The notes: a model not told the origin generated them from the letters alone. A stretch of DNA of 64,000 nt from Eledone cirrhosa (GCA_964016885.1 OZ024740.1:176080001-176144000); one strand, 5' to 3'. Numbered from the stretch's first letter, positions 1-14,858 are shown. Numbers and translations: made by a program.

Positions 1-400
1 TAGTGGTAGTGGTGCTTTTTGAGATGGTGATGACAGTAGTAGTGACTATGTTAGTGACGATGGTGGAGTTGATGATCGTGATAATTGTGGTAGTGGGAGT
101 AGTGGTGATGGTAATGAGAGTTTTGATGTTGTTGGTGATAGGGGCCGTCGGGTGATGCTAGTGGTGTTGGTGGATAATGGTAGGATTATTTTGGTGGTGA
201 AATTGGTAGTGGTAATGCTGGTAGTGATGGCAGAGGTGTTGTTTTCTACTAAAAGTCAATCCAAGCAAGTCCATTTTCTTACTCCTAGGCAAAGGACTAT
301 GAGAAAGGCATGCGTGTTGGCGATGGTGGTGGTGGGGAGATGTCTGGTGGTTTTAATGAGGGTATTAATGGTAATGTTAGTGTTGGTGGAGAAGGTAGTG
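1..400. repeat. Degenerate GGT/GAT/GTT trinucleotide low-complexity tract; similar tracts at ~15300-16100 and ~36800-37010
   Basis: Directly visible. Confidence 0.85.
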
Positions 401-1269
401 TGCAATAATGATTTCTCATTTATGCACAAGTCCAACAATTGTTTTCGTGTGTGTGTGTGGGTGGGGGGGATCGATTATATCGATCCAGTACATTACTGGT
501 GCTTTATTTTATTGAGCCAGTAGGGATGAAAGGCAAAAAGAGACCGTTCGAGCCAACTTGCTTTTCCTGTTTAATAGGTGGTGGTCGTATATCGATATCG
601 GTTATAAGGAGGAAGGTGATATGATGAGTTATGTAAGTATTTGTTTGTAATACATTAAGTGACAACTTCAGGTCCGGATAAAGACTTTTAGAGAGCTTAA
701 GCACTGAAAAGATTATGGTACAGCTAATATGCTGTATATTGAAAGAGAAACTCCGTGGGACCCTTCATTAGTTGAGGCTCTAAGCACGAGTTTATGTTGC
801 TTCATGTTTAATCTACAGCTGGATCAATTAGCGGTTGTTGCTGTTTAGTTTCAAGTCAGCCCTGGGCGAACATATCTTTATGGGGTGGGGTGGTAGGGTT
901 GTAGGGTGTTGGTGTTACTTAGCTTTAAGTCAGTCTTAATTACGTAGGGTGTCTGGTAAATTCACAGCATAGTAAATTGTTTTTTTTTTCTGTATATATT
1001 GAGTAAAATTAATACTAATAACGTTTTGTCTTTGGATGTATTTTTCATTGCTAATGAAATATGTATTTCCTGTGCAGTTGTGACTGGGTGATTAAGAAAT
1101 TAGTATCGCGATCATGAACTTCTGTGTTTATTGTTGCGTCGGCTCGACCCAAGAATTGTAAGTGAAATTGAGTAGATGGAAACAGTTCCTCATTGTCAAA
1201 TATTGTGTCACATTCATTCGGCTTAGCATTTACCTGAAAAGTACGTGTCTGTAGAATACTTAACCCGAA

Positions 1270-1583
1270 CTTTGTGTTGGCACTCCGTCGGCTTAGATGA
1301 TAAATGTTCCAGTTGTTTGATCAACATAACCACCTGCAAGTGGCTGAGCATTCCTCAGATGCGTGTAACTTTAATGTAGTTCTGAGGGAGATTTAGCATG
1401 ACAAAGTTTGTGACGAGGGTGGCCTTTTTGAATTGCAGGTACAGCTGATTTTTACCAGCTGGGCGGGATGGAGCAACGTAAAATATAGTGTGTTGCTCTA
1501 TGACGCAACGTGTCGCTGGGAATCGAACTCACGACCTTACCATCGTGAGCCAAACATCCCAACCATTAATCCCCGCGCTTTCA
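1270..1583 (-). mobile_element. tRNA-derived SINE family B (CORE-like), diverged
   Basis: Reverse-strand tRNA-like head (GTGAGTTCGATTCCCAG) followed by a CORE-like segment. Confidence 0.6.
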
Positions 1584-2589
1584 CAATACTTAATCACTTC
1601 CACGTCAAATCAAGACTGAACAACTGAACGTTCATTGTTTCAACCAATGGAGGTTCCATCATTTACTGTGCGAACGTATGTATGTATGTATGAAACCCGT
1701 AACTCTTGGTGGAGTCGTAGGGGCACCATAATGACATACAGCAGGTCATGGGAATATTTAATCCTGGCGGAGTCCATTTCCTCTCCATGTCTGAAAACAA
1801 CTGATTTCTAGAGAAATAAAGAGAGAAAGAGAATGATAGAGAGGGAGTGATAAAGAGATACAGCGGAACAATTTATTTGTCATGTAATTTTGGTCGATGT
1901 ATTTACAGAGATGCAACTATATGAAATGTATTTACAACAAACCATTAAACAGGCCAATGATCAAATGCATCCCAACATGACTATCACGTATTTATCCTAT
2001 ATGCAGGGAACCCAGTATAACATTATCCAACAAGGCCCTTTTAAAAGACTGTAGGACGCGATTTCAGAGATATGTGACTGCTATTTCTGGCAAGGCCCTT
2101 CGTTGACTCACGTGTCATCATGAAATATAAGGTGCGAGTAACATACCATTGCTTTTGTGTCGACTTTTTATAATTTCACTGGCTTTCTGGCCGTGACATT
2201 CTGGCTTTTATATATTAATTATGGGAGATAGTGTATCTAAGACTACGTGTCTTTCCATTTTTAATGTTATGACGTGATTTCGGACATATGTATGATCAAA
2301 CGTGCTCCAAACACGATCATCTCGCCTTTTCTCTGACTACTCTATACAATATGGACTCCTTTAAGGGCTTGACGTTTTTTGCTGATGCCGTTGCTGGTGG
2401 TGGTCATCGTCGTGAACATAAGAACTGTGAAACCTGTTAAGGAAATAAATAAATATTCTTTAAAAGACTCTAGTTGCATTTTCGATTTCTTTTCCTTATA
2501 CTTTCACCTGTGTAGGACATCTCGTTTTTTAAATTTTATTTTGCTTCTTTTTAAAGTAAAAAACGTCATTTTTAAAATATATATATTCA

Positions 2590-2790
2590 TTTATTAGGGC
2601 TACGCTGTGAGCCATTTTACTCGGGAGTTTCACCTCTGCACACAAAGTATCATCAGACAAGACAGTCCTGTCTAATGATCCTGTGTGTGGTGCACAGGTG
2701 AAACTCCTGAGTAACAAGACTCACTACTTAACCCTAATAAATTATTAAATTCTACTTCGGTATTGAGTATGTGCGCACTTTTCTCTCGTA
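2590..2790. repeat. Fold-back element with HHR motifs; paralog at ~54835-55020
   Basis: Arms centred at ~2664; minus-strand TTGT CTGATGA...GAAA CTCCCGAG TA; plus arm has CTAATGA...GAAA CTCCTGAG TA ACAAG. Confidence 0.75.
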
Positions 2791-2847
2791 TATATATATA
2801 CGCATATATATATATATATATGTTTGTATGTATGTATGTATTTATAT

Positions 2848-2898
<51 letters not shown>

Positions 2899-2935
2899 GT
2901 GTGTGTGTATTTACACACACACACACACACACACA

Positions 2936-2974
<39 letters not shown>

Positions 2975-4448
2975 TCTTATACTGAGTGATGTTTTTCAAC
3001 TACAATCCACGTTAATGATAAGCAGCAATTAGTCTGATTGATATAAAACTATGAGAACGTGACTCTTTAATAATTTGCTTATAGTTAGTTTCGTGAGAGG
3101 AAATTCCAGCAGGTCTAGTCATTGATCGGCTTGATCTAATTTACTTCGTTTACAATAAATGTAACAACAAAAATACATTTTCATAAAGATTTAATTGTTT
3201 ACATAGAGAAAATGATATGTGTCAGATCACACATACACACACACACACACAAATACACTCTTACACACACACACACTCATACACACACAGCGCGAACACT
3301 CACACTGCACACACACGATTTCTATTGGATGGCGACGCTCTCCCCAACAGCTCTAAAAATGTGTACATAAAAAAGTGAAATTGCACGCATACGCAACAGA
3401 TGTAGCGACGGGTTAATTAGAGCCACACATTCAGATAGTTCCGCGGGTAGTTTGAAATCAACGGCTACCAAGCCTCTTTCTCCACCCCACGACGGAACAC
3501 CAAACCCAGAAGACGGATCAGCCCAGCTAATAGTTGGTTCTTCGGTATTCCACACCCCAGCGAAAAAACAACGAACTCCACATTTACGTATACACATATA
3601 TATCATTATATTTACACTCATACATACGCTCTTACATAATTACACACATATTTTTACACACCTACGAATACATTCACGAACATGCGCATACGTCATATAC
3701 ATATTTACACACACACATGTTCTTACACCCCCCCCCCCCACACACACACATTTTTACAATTACACGAACATATTTCATTGCATTTACACACATACATACG
3801 CATTTACATATTCACACACATATTGAAACATATACGCACGTACATTCACGCACACACACACATACATTACACGTCATATACATGCTTACACACGCTTTTG
3901 CATACACGCCTCACACCGATATATATAAGCATTAAAAGCACGTGTTTCTTACGTACATGCGTAAAGTTAACACTAACAAGACCGATATTTAAAAATGCAT
4001 AAAAAAAAATTGAATAAACAGCTACGAAAAAAGAAATCTCTGATTTCTCCGAAGCCTCTCTTACTCTCTTACGGAGCCTCCTCCTTGATAATGGATAGTT
4101 AAACCGAAATATTTTGGGATTAATGAATTGCTAAGTTAACTTTAAATCGTTCTTCCTATTTTTCCTTCTCTCACTTTTGCTTTGTATCTCAACTCTTTCA
4201 TTTTCCCTCTGACTTGTTATCTTGATAATCTAACCGACTTTCATTGTACAGCTTTCTATATACATATACCCACTTTTCAGTTCATACGCCACAATGCTTC
4301 AGGCAAACAATCAGACCTTCAATCCCTAGGTTCCTATGGCTCTATTATGGTCAGAAACATGCACTCTTAGAGCTTATACAGACCAACAAATAACGCACAC
4401 ACGCCTCCTCTATATTTACCTTCATATATATATATATATATATATATA

Positions 4449-4763
4449 CAATGATATTAAATAAATGGAAACTATATTTATAAAACCATTTTTATTTTAT
4501 TATATATATTTCAAGGGTACCAAAATACTTTGGTACGCTTTCTTCAGATAAAATACAAAATTTTATCTGAAGAAAGCGTACCAAAGTATTTTGGTACCCT
4601 GGAAATATATATAATAAAATAAATATGGTTTTAGAAATATAGTTTCTATTTATTTAATATCATTGAATATTTACTCCAGGAGCTTGTTGAGTGCTCTAAA
4701 TCAGTTATAAACATTTATATTTATATTTGTCGGATTTCCAACAAATTAAATACCCCCTTCTAC
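4449..4763. repeat. Fold-back element with an HHR in each arm
   Basis: ~105-bp arms (4449-4554 / 4561-4665); TCTTCAG at 4541 and CTGAAGA at 4567; unpaired ~100-bp tail ending CCCCTTCTACT. Confidence 0.85.
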
Positions 4764-4769
4764 TGATAA

Positions 4770-6000
4770 AAGACATTCCAGTCCTCGCCATCCTATATTA
4801 TATTCAGTAATATTGCATCTAGGACCACACACTCCAACGACTTTTTAAAGATGTTAGACTTTTTCTCTCTTATAGCTTCTTCTCTGTTTAAAGTGTAAGT
4901 GTATTTTCCAACAGGTCGATCTACTATCTAGAGACTGTTATATAAGATTGTGCTTTGTGATGTTTTTGTTGGCAACATTAGCGACTTCGACTACATTAAT
5001 CCTGAAATTGGACTGAGTATGCTATGAGAAGTGTTCTTCAATGTTTAGATAAACATGCTGCATGCTAATTTAGACTTGTTCCCTCCCTGTAAACTAATAA
5101 TTGTTTCTACTTTTAGCACAAGGTCAGCAATTAATCCAGTGAATTACTGGTACTTTATTTTATCGACCCCAAAAGGCAAAGTAAACCTCAGCTGGATTTG
5201 AACTCAGACCGAAATGGGCCGTAACTCTACGCTGCAAAGCATGGCGTCCGTCCCTAATCCACTGCCCTGTAAACTAAATAATGTTTTTCCCTTCCGCATC
5301 GAGTTTGGTTTCGATATGTATAGCACTCTAATCCCATGTGTTTCTGATATATATGTTGGAAATATATTTTAATCACACCAACATGCATTCTATGATTACA
5401 TCTAGAATTTTAAATATCTTTTTGGTGAGTAGACAGCTTGTAATTGTATAATTTAAAGTCTGATAGACTGCAGCTCATTGATAAAAAAAGCATTGCTTTT
5501 TACTTTGTTCATTGAACTATCAGCTTCCAGTCATCCGACCAGGCCATTTATTATTCAGATAAAGATTTTATTTTAAACTATTTGTAGCAAGAATGCTGAT
5601 CTTTTTGGTGTAAACACCAGGGAGCCATCGGTGTAGATATACAGTTTGTTTACACATACGTTGAGCAGATCGTCTATGAAAATGGAGAATAGAGATGGGT
5701 CCAATATTGATTCCCATATTGACCTGAAGCAGGGCGTTTGGTGGATCTCCTGATGATGTTCTAGATAATAGCTTTATATCAAAAGGACGGAAAGTATAAC
5801 GAAACGCATACGGTGTGAGGTATGTCTTTATGAGGGAGGGATTACCGGGATACTTATATACAAGTATAGATTCAAACATCTCACCACCACACCCAACAAA
5901 AAAATTGAGGGCCCTAAAATCATTCGAAATTACCATCACAGGATTAATAAAGAAAGTAAAATTCAAAAAGGCTCTGAACAATTACACGAATCACTTCAAA
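4770..6000 (-). mobile_element. Highly decayed Penelope-like remnant, interrupted by a SINE
   Basis: Weak minus-strand motifs (LNFF...VYKYP, TYISET, EEHF) in Penelope thumb/GIY-YIG order. Confidence 0.4.
5098..5264 (-). mobile_element. tRNA-derived SINE family A (Meta-domain-like core)
   Basis: Box B-like GAGTTCAAATCC and core GGGGTCGATAAAATAAAGTACCAG; TSD CCCTGTAAACTAA at 5085-5097 and 5265-5277. Confidence 0.8.
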
Positions 6001-6499
6001 TAATCTCCCCAAATCCATATAGCGACAGACAACAATATAGGCGAACCAATTACCACCATACATTATAAACTCCCGACAGACAACAACACTAAAACAACAC
6101 AAAATATCAGTTACACTGCATATATCACTACAACCATAACAACGCAGGTTCCCAACTAAAAGTTGAAGACTGTGTGATTAACTTCCCCATTTAATAAACG
6201 TATATTCCTGTTAATGACTATATGGCTAATTTCTCTCCAAATATTAACCAAACCCTACAAAAGTGAGTGAAAATATTTAGTAAGTGCAATCTTGATACAA
6301 TTGCTATCAAAGTTGGGAGTACTACTTGACTTTAAGAATAGCAATGCAGCCATGCCGTTATTAAGTGGTTTCACGGAATCAAAACAAACCAACCGGCAGG
6401 TTTACCTATCATATTCGACTTTAACTTGAATCAATTTTGGCGAAACTCAGAGTGTTTGGGAGATAATTTTCCACAATTAACGATCTATGTAACAGAATA

Positions 6500-6700
6500 A
6501 TTTAAGCACAAGATCAGCAAATTGGGAGGAGCGGTTCAATTAAATCGTCGCCAGTACTCGACTGGTACTTTATTTTATTAACTCTGGAATGATGAGAGAC
6601 AAAGTTAAAATCCGTGTCATTTGATCTCAGAACTTAAAGTGAGATAAGAAAATGTCGCAAATCCTTTTGTCAGCTCTAACGATTCTGCTAATCCACCGCG
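6500..6700 (-). mobile_element. SINE family A, diverged
   Basis: Similarity to the family core and ends. Confidence 0.6.
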
Positions 6701-8119
6701 TCGTCCTTACATCACAACCATTCCTACAGCTTCAAAAATAAGAAAGTGTTCCTTTGATTTCTCCATGCGATGTTATGATGGAGTTAAAGTAACCGACCTG
6801 GTGGGATTGTTCATCCTCGTCACTCTCAAAAGGCGCATCACTTCTGAACCTCCAATTTATATAGAGGTCACAACTTTTGTTATGAACAGTGACGCCAAAG
6901 ACAGATTTCCTTTCTTTGCGCCATTAAGTTGACAAACGACTTTTGTAGAGTGCCTTGACAAATACTATATGTTTCTTGTGGAATTTTTATAGGAGAATAT
7001 ACAGTTGATTTCAGATGACCTTACTTTACAAGGTATAGCCGGAAAGTCCACTCTACCTGCCTGGACACTACAAACTAAGAGAAACAGAACAATTGCCACA
7101 AAATATTCTGTCAAACGTTTTGATCTGGTACATTAATATATTAATCTCAGAAAGCCAAATGAGAATACCTTGAATATACAAGTATTCCAAGCATTCTCTC
7201 GCAACAATTCGGGACCATACAGCCAGAATATGTAGGAAAACTGAGCTATCCACGGATATTAACAAGTCTGCTCTCCGCTGTAACGATTCGCTAGCTAGAA
7301 ATTATTTTAGTAAGAAGCCAGTATATATGGCACCCTCCCCCTCCCCCCAGAATGACCAGGAAAAGGAAAGTAACTTGTTTTATAAAACAGACAAGTAGAA
7401 AATAGATAAGTTATCTTCTGACCTGAGACATAGCCTAGGTGTTTGTAACAGGCAGGACTCCATTAAATGCACTCAAGGGCAAGCTGGTAGTATTAAACCA
7501 GACGATAATGTCTGTATATGTATATCTTTGTTCATGAAATGTAAACAATTGAAGCTTGTCAGAGATTTCTTTTGTTTCTTTTACAGTTGCCATATCGGAT
7601 GTTGCAAGAAAACCGGTATCTTTTTCAGATCGTGATTATAATTGTGGGTTTTTTTATACGATACCATATAAAAAGATCGATCTTCGTTGTGCAAGACCAG
7701 ATTGTTATTTGCATCTTATTACATGTGTTTGTGCATTGATTAATAATATTTTTAGACGAGCTTTCTTGTTTTGATTACATTAGTTCTATGTTTAGTTCCT
7801 GGCAATGAACTAACAACTTGTAAAGGCTGTACTGAACATAAATGTTTATTACATGAGATATTAATATGGGTGAAATCGTATCTAATGATTAAATCATTAA
7901 ACAGTAGCTAAATACATACAAACATGCGGTAGAACGAAAACAATATTAATCGTTGTCTAATATACTTTTTCTTGTACTTTACTTTTTTCAACTACAACTA
8001 CGAGAGACAATTCCCTAGACGTTTCGGCTTTTCTCGAAGGCTTCTCTGGCAGAATGTATTCTCCACGAAACGTGTCAATAAAATAGAATATTAAATCGTA
8101 TATCCTATGTTTTACGGCA

Positions 8120-8290
8120 TATATTTACGGCCCTTTACGTTCTGAGTTCAATTCCCACCAATGTTAGCTTTGCTTTTCACCCTTACGTGGTCGATAAAAT
8201 AAAGTACCTGTAACACACTGGAGTTGATTTAATCGACTTTCCCTTCCCCAAAAAGTATTGGCCTTGTGCCTAAATCAGAAACCATTATTA
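8120..8290 (+). mobile_element. SINE family A
   Basis: CTGAGTTCAATTCCC...GGTCGATAAAATAAAGTACC...GGCCTTGTGCC. Confidence 0.7.
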
Positions 8291-8545
8291 TGAATGTTAC
8301 TCAACACAGGTGCATATTACCTAAGTTTTAAGGTTTCAAAGCGAATCCCCAACATGGCCATTGAGACACGATCAATACTAATTGTTGTTTATCGTTCAGG
8401 CAAGAAAATATGATATGCAACAACTAGCATGGCCCATGTTTCCGTGAGCTATGTTGTGGTAGGTTTTAAAATTGTGTTGAGTAACATTGAAAATATTTTA
8501 GCTCTGTACAAAACATAAAGCATATATTCTATAGAAACTCTTGAC

Positions 8546-8632
<87 letters not shown>

Positions 8633-9584
8633 GGAGAGAGAAAGAGAGTGAGCGAGAGACGACTGACAACCCGAGACTATGTTAAAAGACACATGTCCAA
8701 TGTATCACGCTTGGAATACGTGGTTGCAATACATATCTGAATCACACTCTCATGTCTACCCTTAATAGTTTAAACGCAAATCAATTCAAAATATTGTTAT
8801 TTTAATTCTGATTATTAAATAATATTTGCAATAGAATAGGAAAACACTAAATAATGAAAGCAAAGGGAAGGAGGAAGGAACAGCAGACTCAACAGCCCAG
8901 TCTGGGCTGTATATCTTGAACCCTGTGGATAAAATGGTGAATGCTGTGATGTGGAGAACGGGCAGTGGACACGCGCTGCTTTCAACTACTCCACCTTTCG
9001 TGGCTCCTCCCTTGGGTGGGATGCACTCATACAAATTTGGCGGCGTTGGGGGCCATCACGGAAGGGACGCGGTCAGTCTAATCTCAGTATTTGGATATCT
9101 TTCACTCTTCTGTGAATCGGGCGGTAGTGCTTAGGTTTGTGACCGAAGCCGCAAAGTTGGAGGCGGAGAACGTATCAGTGAAAGTTGGGGACCATGTGCG
9201 CACGTGCACTTGTTTAAATAAGTATAAATCTAGGCATAACTCTTATATATTCATATTATTTCCTTCGTTTATAATTATAATCACACAATTTGTTCAAGCC
9301 TGTATTCTCCGTTCAATCTGAGTTTGACCCACACAAACCATTCAACCATAGGCGCGTTCTCTGCAAGTATACAACAAAGGAGTCGCTATATGATCACTTA
9401 GCCTGCTAGAAATAGCAGCTAATTATCTATCAAAAAGCACCTAGCTTCTTCAATATAGAAAAATATATTGAAGGATAGAGTGAACATTGTAGTCCGTGAT
9501 GTAAAATAGTTGTGGTGATCAAGACAGAAACGTCTTTGATCATAGTTGTTCTCGGCCAGGGTTAGTCCTAGAGTTAAACAATAG

Positions 9585-10050
9585 AGATTTCTATTTTTGG
9601 CACAAGGCCAGCAATTTGAACGGGGAGTGGAAAGTTGATTGAATCGATCCAATGTATTACTGGTGCTTTATTTTATCGACCCCGTAAAGGTGACAAGCAA
9701 AGCTAACCTCGGAGGCATTTGAACTCAGAACGTAAAGGGACGTAACTATATGCCATAAAGATGTTCTCCGACGCTCTATTGATACTGCCAATCTACCACC
9801 CTTAGTAACATTCATAATAATAATAATAATAATTGTTTCTACTTTAGGCACAAGGCCAGCAATTTCGGGGAAGGGGCAAGTCGATTAAATCGACACCAGG
9901 GCGTTCCTGGTTCTTTATTTTATCGATCCCGTAAGGGTGAAAAGCAAAGCTAACGTCAGCGGGATTTGAACTCAAAATGTAAATAGCCGTAACTATATGC
10001 CATAAAAGCATGGTGTCCAACCTTCTCTCGATGCTACCAATCCACCGCCC
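9585..10050 (-). mobile_element. Two tandem SINE family A copies
   Basis: Two cores; duplicated flank CCTTA(G/T)TAACATTCATAATAAT at ~9800 and ~10050. Confidence 0.75.
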
Positions 10051-10557
10051 TTATTAACATTCATAATAATAATGATGATAAATAAATATATATGTGTGAG
10101 TGTGTAGCTATATGTAGATCTAGATATAATAATATGTGTGCGTAATTCTGTCTGTATAACGTTCGCTGATATACATTGGCATAGCCTAAAAACAGCGAGA
10201 AAAAAAATGCTTTATGAACGAGTAAATTAGCTATATTTGTTCTATACAGTATTACAGACACTCCTCTGTCGGACCACGGTCAGAAATACAGTGAACAAAT
10301 GATTTGCCCGTTGTTTATAAAATTCTGACATGAATAATTGTGTGTTTAATAAGTGTGACTTCGTATTCTCTATACACGCATACACTTAGCGTAATATCTC
10401 TGCAGAATCACCGTGACGCAGTATGTGACAAAGCTAGGCTTTCAAATCACACGTACGTACATCCCATTCAATAATACTTACACACACGTATAGGATGTAT
10501 ATATCTAACATTTTTTGGTAGACCAGTATTAGTACACAATGTAAAGTGTGAAGAATT

Positions 10558-10730
<173 letters not shown>

Positions 10731-11373
10731 ATTCTTATATATGAGCGTTTCGTTGTAAACATTGATAGAATTATGAAGGTTAACCACGATGAGGAATATA
10801 ATTATGGTTAAGGCACAATTGGATGAATAATAATAAAATAGGAAGAGCAAGACGAATTGTAAACAATTTGCGTAGAGCTGGGACGAACATATAGACAGTT
10901 TCTGTATGAAATTATTCAACCTACATGTTATAGATTTTCACTGAATTCACTAACTTGTTTACAAAGAAGAAAAAATCGACAACCATCTTGAAAGAAATTA
11001 ACATTCATGGTCAGATAATTGCTACTGACCTAAAATTGACGACTGTACGGAACCGTACTTTCCATTTAATAACCATATGAATAATTCAGAACAAATCTCA
11101 TTAATTAGATTAGTAAATCCATCTAAAACGGACAATGGAGCTCTTAGACAATATTATACCGAAACTTGATGAGGATTTCCCCTATTATTAAAGAATCTTA
11201 CACTGTATAAGTCTTTCAATTTAATTTTGTTTGGATATAAATGGATACTAATCCTTAATACCAAACAGGAAAGACTTACATTTGATATTAAGGATAACTA
11301 TCCCTTCAAATCAAAACAACAACTATTAAATGAGTTCGACTTGTGAGATCTCAATAAAGACAAGCTAAAGTAA

Positions 11374-11915
<542 letters not shown>

Positions 11916-12199
11916 AATATGAGAATAAACGTGCTACGTGGTTGCTAATGGGTTACATATGAATAAAGTTAGTCTTCATCAGTGATCTTCCAACCATCAT
12001 TGGTATTTCATCGCTTTAAAGACCATATACCTCCGGTTGGTGCGAGCAACGGCTAAAAAAAGTCGTTGGGACAAGTAAATAAAGGGGACACGAGAGTGTA
12101 AACACACAAAGATGGTGAAGCAACGAAAAGTGAGGAAGAAAGAATCAAGTCCCAAATTTCCATGAATATAAGTTCGGTGAAATCGTAAACGAGAGAGAA

Positions 12200-12860
12200 T
12201 AAAGACCACAGCATTACCTTAGTCAAGCAGTTGCGCCGGCTCGACAAGCACTATCTGGCATGTTTTCACTCGGCCTCCCAACCCTATCGTGGCGCCAGGG
12301 TCAATGCAGTACCATCACTTTTGATTGGCTGAGCAGCGACTTCTGGCGTAACGGTGTTTCCCTGAGGCTCAGCCTCAGTATTTGAGTCCTACAAATGGCG
12401 CTTTGGTTCCACTGTGGATTCTTTCGATCTATACCCTCTGCCATGCTGTTCGAGTGCTGGCCGCCTCCCACGCCATGCTGCTCTCGACGAGATCATAAAG
12501 CATGGTCTGGGTGGCGCAGGCTTCCTTTCCCTGCTCGAGCCATCGGTAAAAGGCATGACAATTTTCCCATTCCGCTGGGGTAGGCTCCTCATATAGGACG
12601 TTACATGTTGTGACACCTTCTCTAGCGGCAACCTGATGCGTTCGGCTACCAGCCTAGGCTTCGCTGCCCTCTAGGCCGAAAAGGAAAAACTGTTTCTGGT
12701 TTAGCCTGTGGCATTTGAGACTTGCGGCGTCATATCCTTGCTCGTTGCTATCAGAACGGCGTTGGCTTGCCGCAGGTGCGTGCCCCGGGAGGTCGAGTGG
12801 CTATTCCAGCACGTCTCTCTCGCCGTTCTCCTGGGAAATGTCTTCTCCATTCTCCTTAAG
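12200..12860 (+). mobile_element. CRE-like non-LTR retrotransposon 3' fragment (restriction-like endonuclease)
   Basis: GC-rich island translating as GRLPRHAALDEIIK...LEP...GMTIFPFRWGRLLI*DVTCCDTF...AFETCG...WLFQHVSLAVLLGN. Confidence 0.7.
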
Positions 12861-12919
12861 TTTCATATATGGTGGTGGCATATGGATTAGATTTACTTCC
12901 ATATGCATATATATACATA

Positions 12920-13357
12920 CAATGATATTAAATAAATGAAAACTATATTTATCAAAGCATATTTATTTTATTATATATATTTCAAGGGTACCAAGACACA
13001 TTGGTACGCTTTCATCAGATAAAATACAAAGTTTGTTTTATAAATAGAGACATACCCATGAAAATCATACCTTATCGGTTGGATATTCACTGGATAGTCG
13101 ACGGATAAGGTATGATTTTCATGGGTATGGCTCTAGTTATAAAAAAAAAATTTGTATTTTATCTGATGAAAGCGTTCCAATGTGTCTTGGAAACCTTGAA
13201 ATATATATGATAAAATATATATGGTTTCATAAATATAGTTTCCCTTTATTTAACATCATTGAATATTTACTCCAGTAAACTGTTGAGTGCTCTAAATCAG
13301 TTATAAACATTTATATTTGTTGGACTTACTTCCAACAAATTTAATACCCCTTCTACT
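12920..13357. repeat. Fold-back element with an HHR in each arm (same family as 4449)
   Basis: ~157-bp arms (12920-13076 / 13103-13261); CTGATGA at 13163; same outer end and tail as the 4449 copy. Confidence 0.85.
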
Positions 13358-13388
<31 letters not shown>

Positions 13389-13579
13389 GTAAGTATGTAT
13401 ACGTATATACATATATGTATACAGACGTACCGTAGTGTGTATAACATGCACACATATATATATGTACATATGAGTTTACCGAACATTTTTTTATAATGTT
13501 CGGTAAACAAACAGCCCGAATTAAGCCGTACAGTGTTCGGCAACCATCGTCGCCCTTTTGTTCAACACTGACAAAGGAA

Positions 13580-13620
13580 CGATGAACTAGTTTCAAGCTT
13601 ATTAGTTATCGTCAGCATCG
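13580..13620 (-). ncRNA. Minimal type I hammerhead ribozyme in a ~413-bp tandem unit
   Basis: Minus strand: CGATG CTGACGA TAACTAATAAGCTT GAAA CTAG TT CATCG. Confidence 0.68.
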
Positions 13621-14136
13621 TATACCTTCCTGTCAGATGATTGAACGTTTGAAAGTATATACCTTCCTTATGCATATTAACGGCTGAGCAGCCTAATTTG
13701 CATATCGAGTGAGTTAGTCGGCCGGGCGTACCGAAAACTATAAATGGAAAAGAATGAAATGAAATTTCATTTCTCACTCTTAGTACGGCTGATACTTAAA
13801 TGTAAGTATATATACGTACATACATATATGTATACAGTATATATACATACATGCACACATATATATATGTACGTATGGGTTTACCGAACATTTATTATAA
13901 CGTTCGGTTTATTTGTAAAGCACTGTACGGCTTAATTCGGGAGTTTGTTTACAAACAAACCGAACATTATAATAAATGTTCGGTAAACCCATACCTACAT
14001 ATTTATATGTGTGTGCATGTATGTATATACATACTACTGTACGTCTGTATACATATACGTATGTACGTATACATACTTACATTTAAGTATCAGCCGTACT
14101 AAGAGTGAGAAATGAAATTTCATTTCATTCTTTTCC

Positions 14137-14184
<48 letters not shown>

Positions 14185-14284
14185 GTGTGTGTATGTATAT
14201 ATATATATATATACCCGCTAAGGGTGAAAGCAGCGATTCTTTGCTTAAACTTTAATCTGTTATTTTAATATATATATATATATA

Positions 14285-14741
14285 ACCAAAAGTTTAACAA
14301 GGTTCATTTATTATCAATGAATATAGTTTTACAATAGATTAGAAGCACTCAACAGTTAGGTTTTCTGGAGTTATTAATGTTACTTCAAAATATTAATAAA
14401 TATAGACATTCATGTGTTCAAATATATTTTATTATATATATTTCAGAGGTACTGAGCTTTTTCATTAGTACGTCCTCATCAGATAAAATAAATTGATGTC
14501 TGACATACCTCAACTGTGCTGATGGTTCAATTCCAGTTTTGGCAGTTTTGGCAGTTCAATTCCAGTTTTGACTGCCAAAACTGGAATTGAACCATCAGCA
14601 CAGTTGAGGTATGTCAGGCATCAATTTATTTTATCTGATGAGGACGTACTGATGAAACAGCTCAGTACCTCTGAAATATATATAATAAAATATATTTGAT
14701 CACATGAATGTCTATATTTATTAATATTTTGAAGTAATATT
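14285..14741. repeat. Fold-back element with an HHR in each arm (related family, opposite polarity)
   Basis: ~170-bp near-perfect arms (14376-14546 / 14571-14741); CTGATGA at 14635; tail on the left. Confidence 0.85.
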
Positions 14742-14762
14742 ATATATATATATATCCATATA

Positions 14763-14858
<96 letters not shown>

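Noticed and set aside
152-523. Val-rich hydrophobic ORF (also 15392-15601)
   Set aside because: Product of GGT/GTT low-complexity tracts.
8010-8085. GAAACGTGTC-AATAAA, resembling an HHR 3' half
   Set aside because: No intact CUGANGA or stems; too degenerate to call.
8870-9220. GC-richer island, a possible exon
   Set aside because: No recognisable protein motif or convincing splice context.
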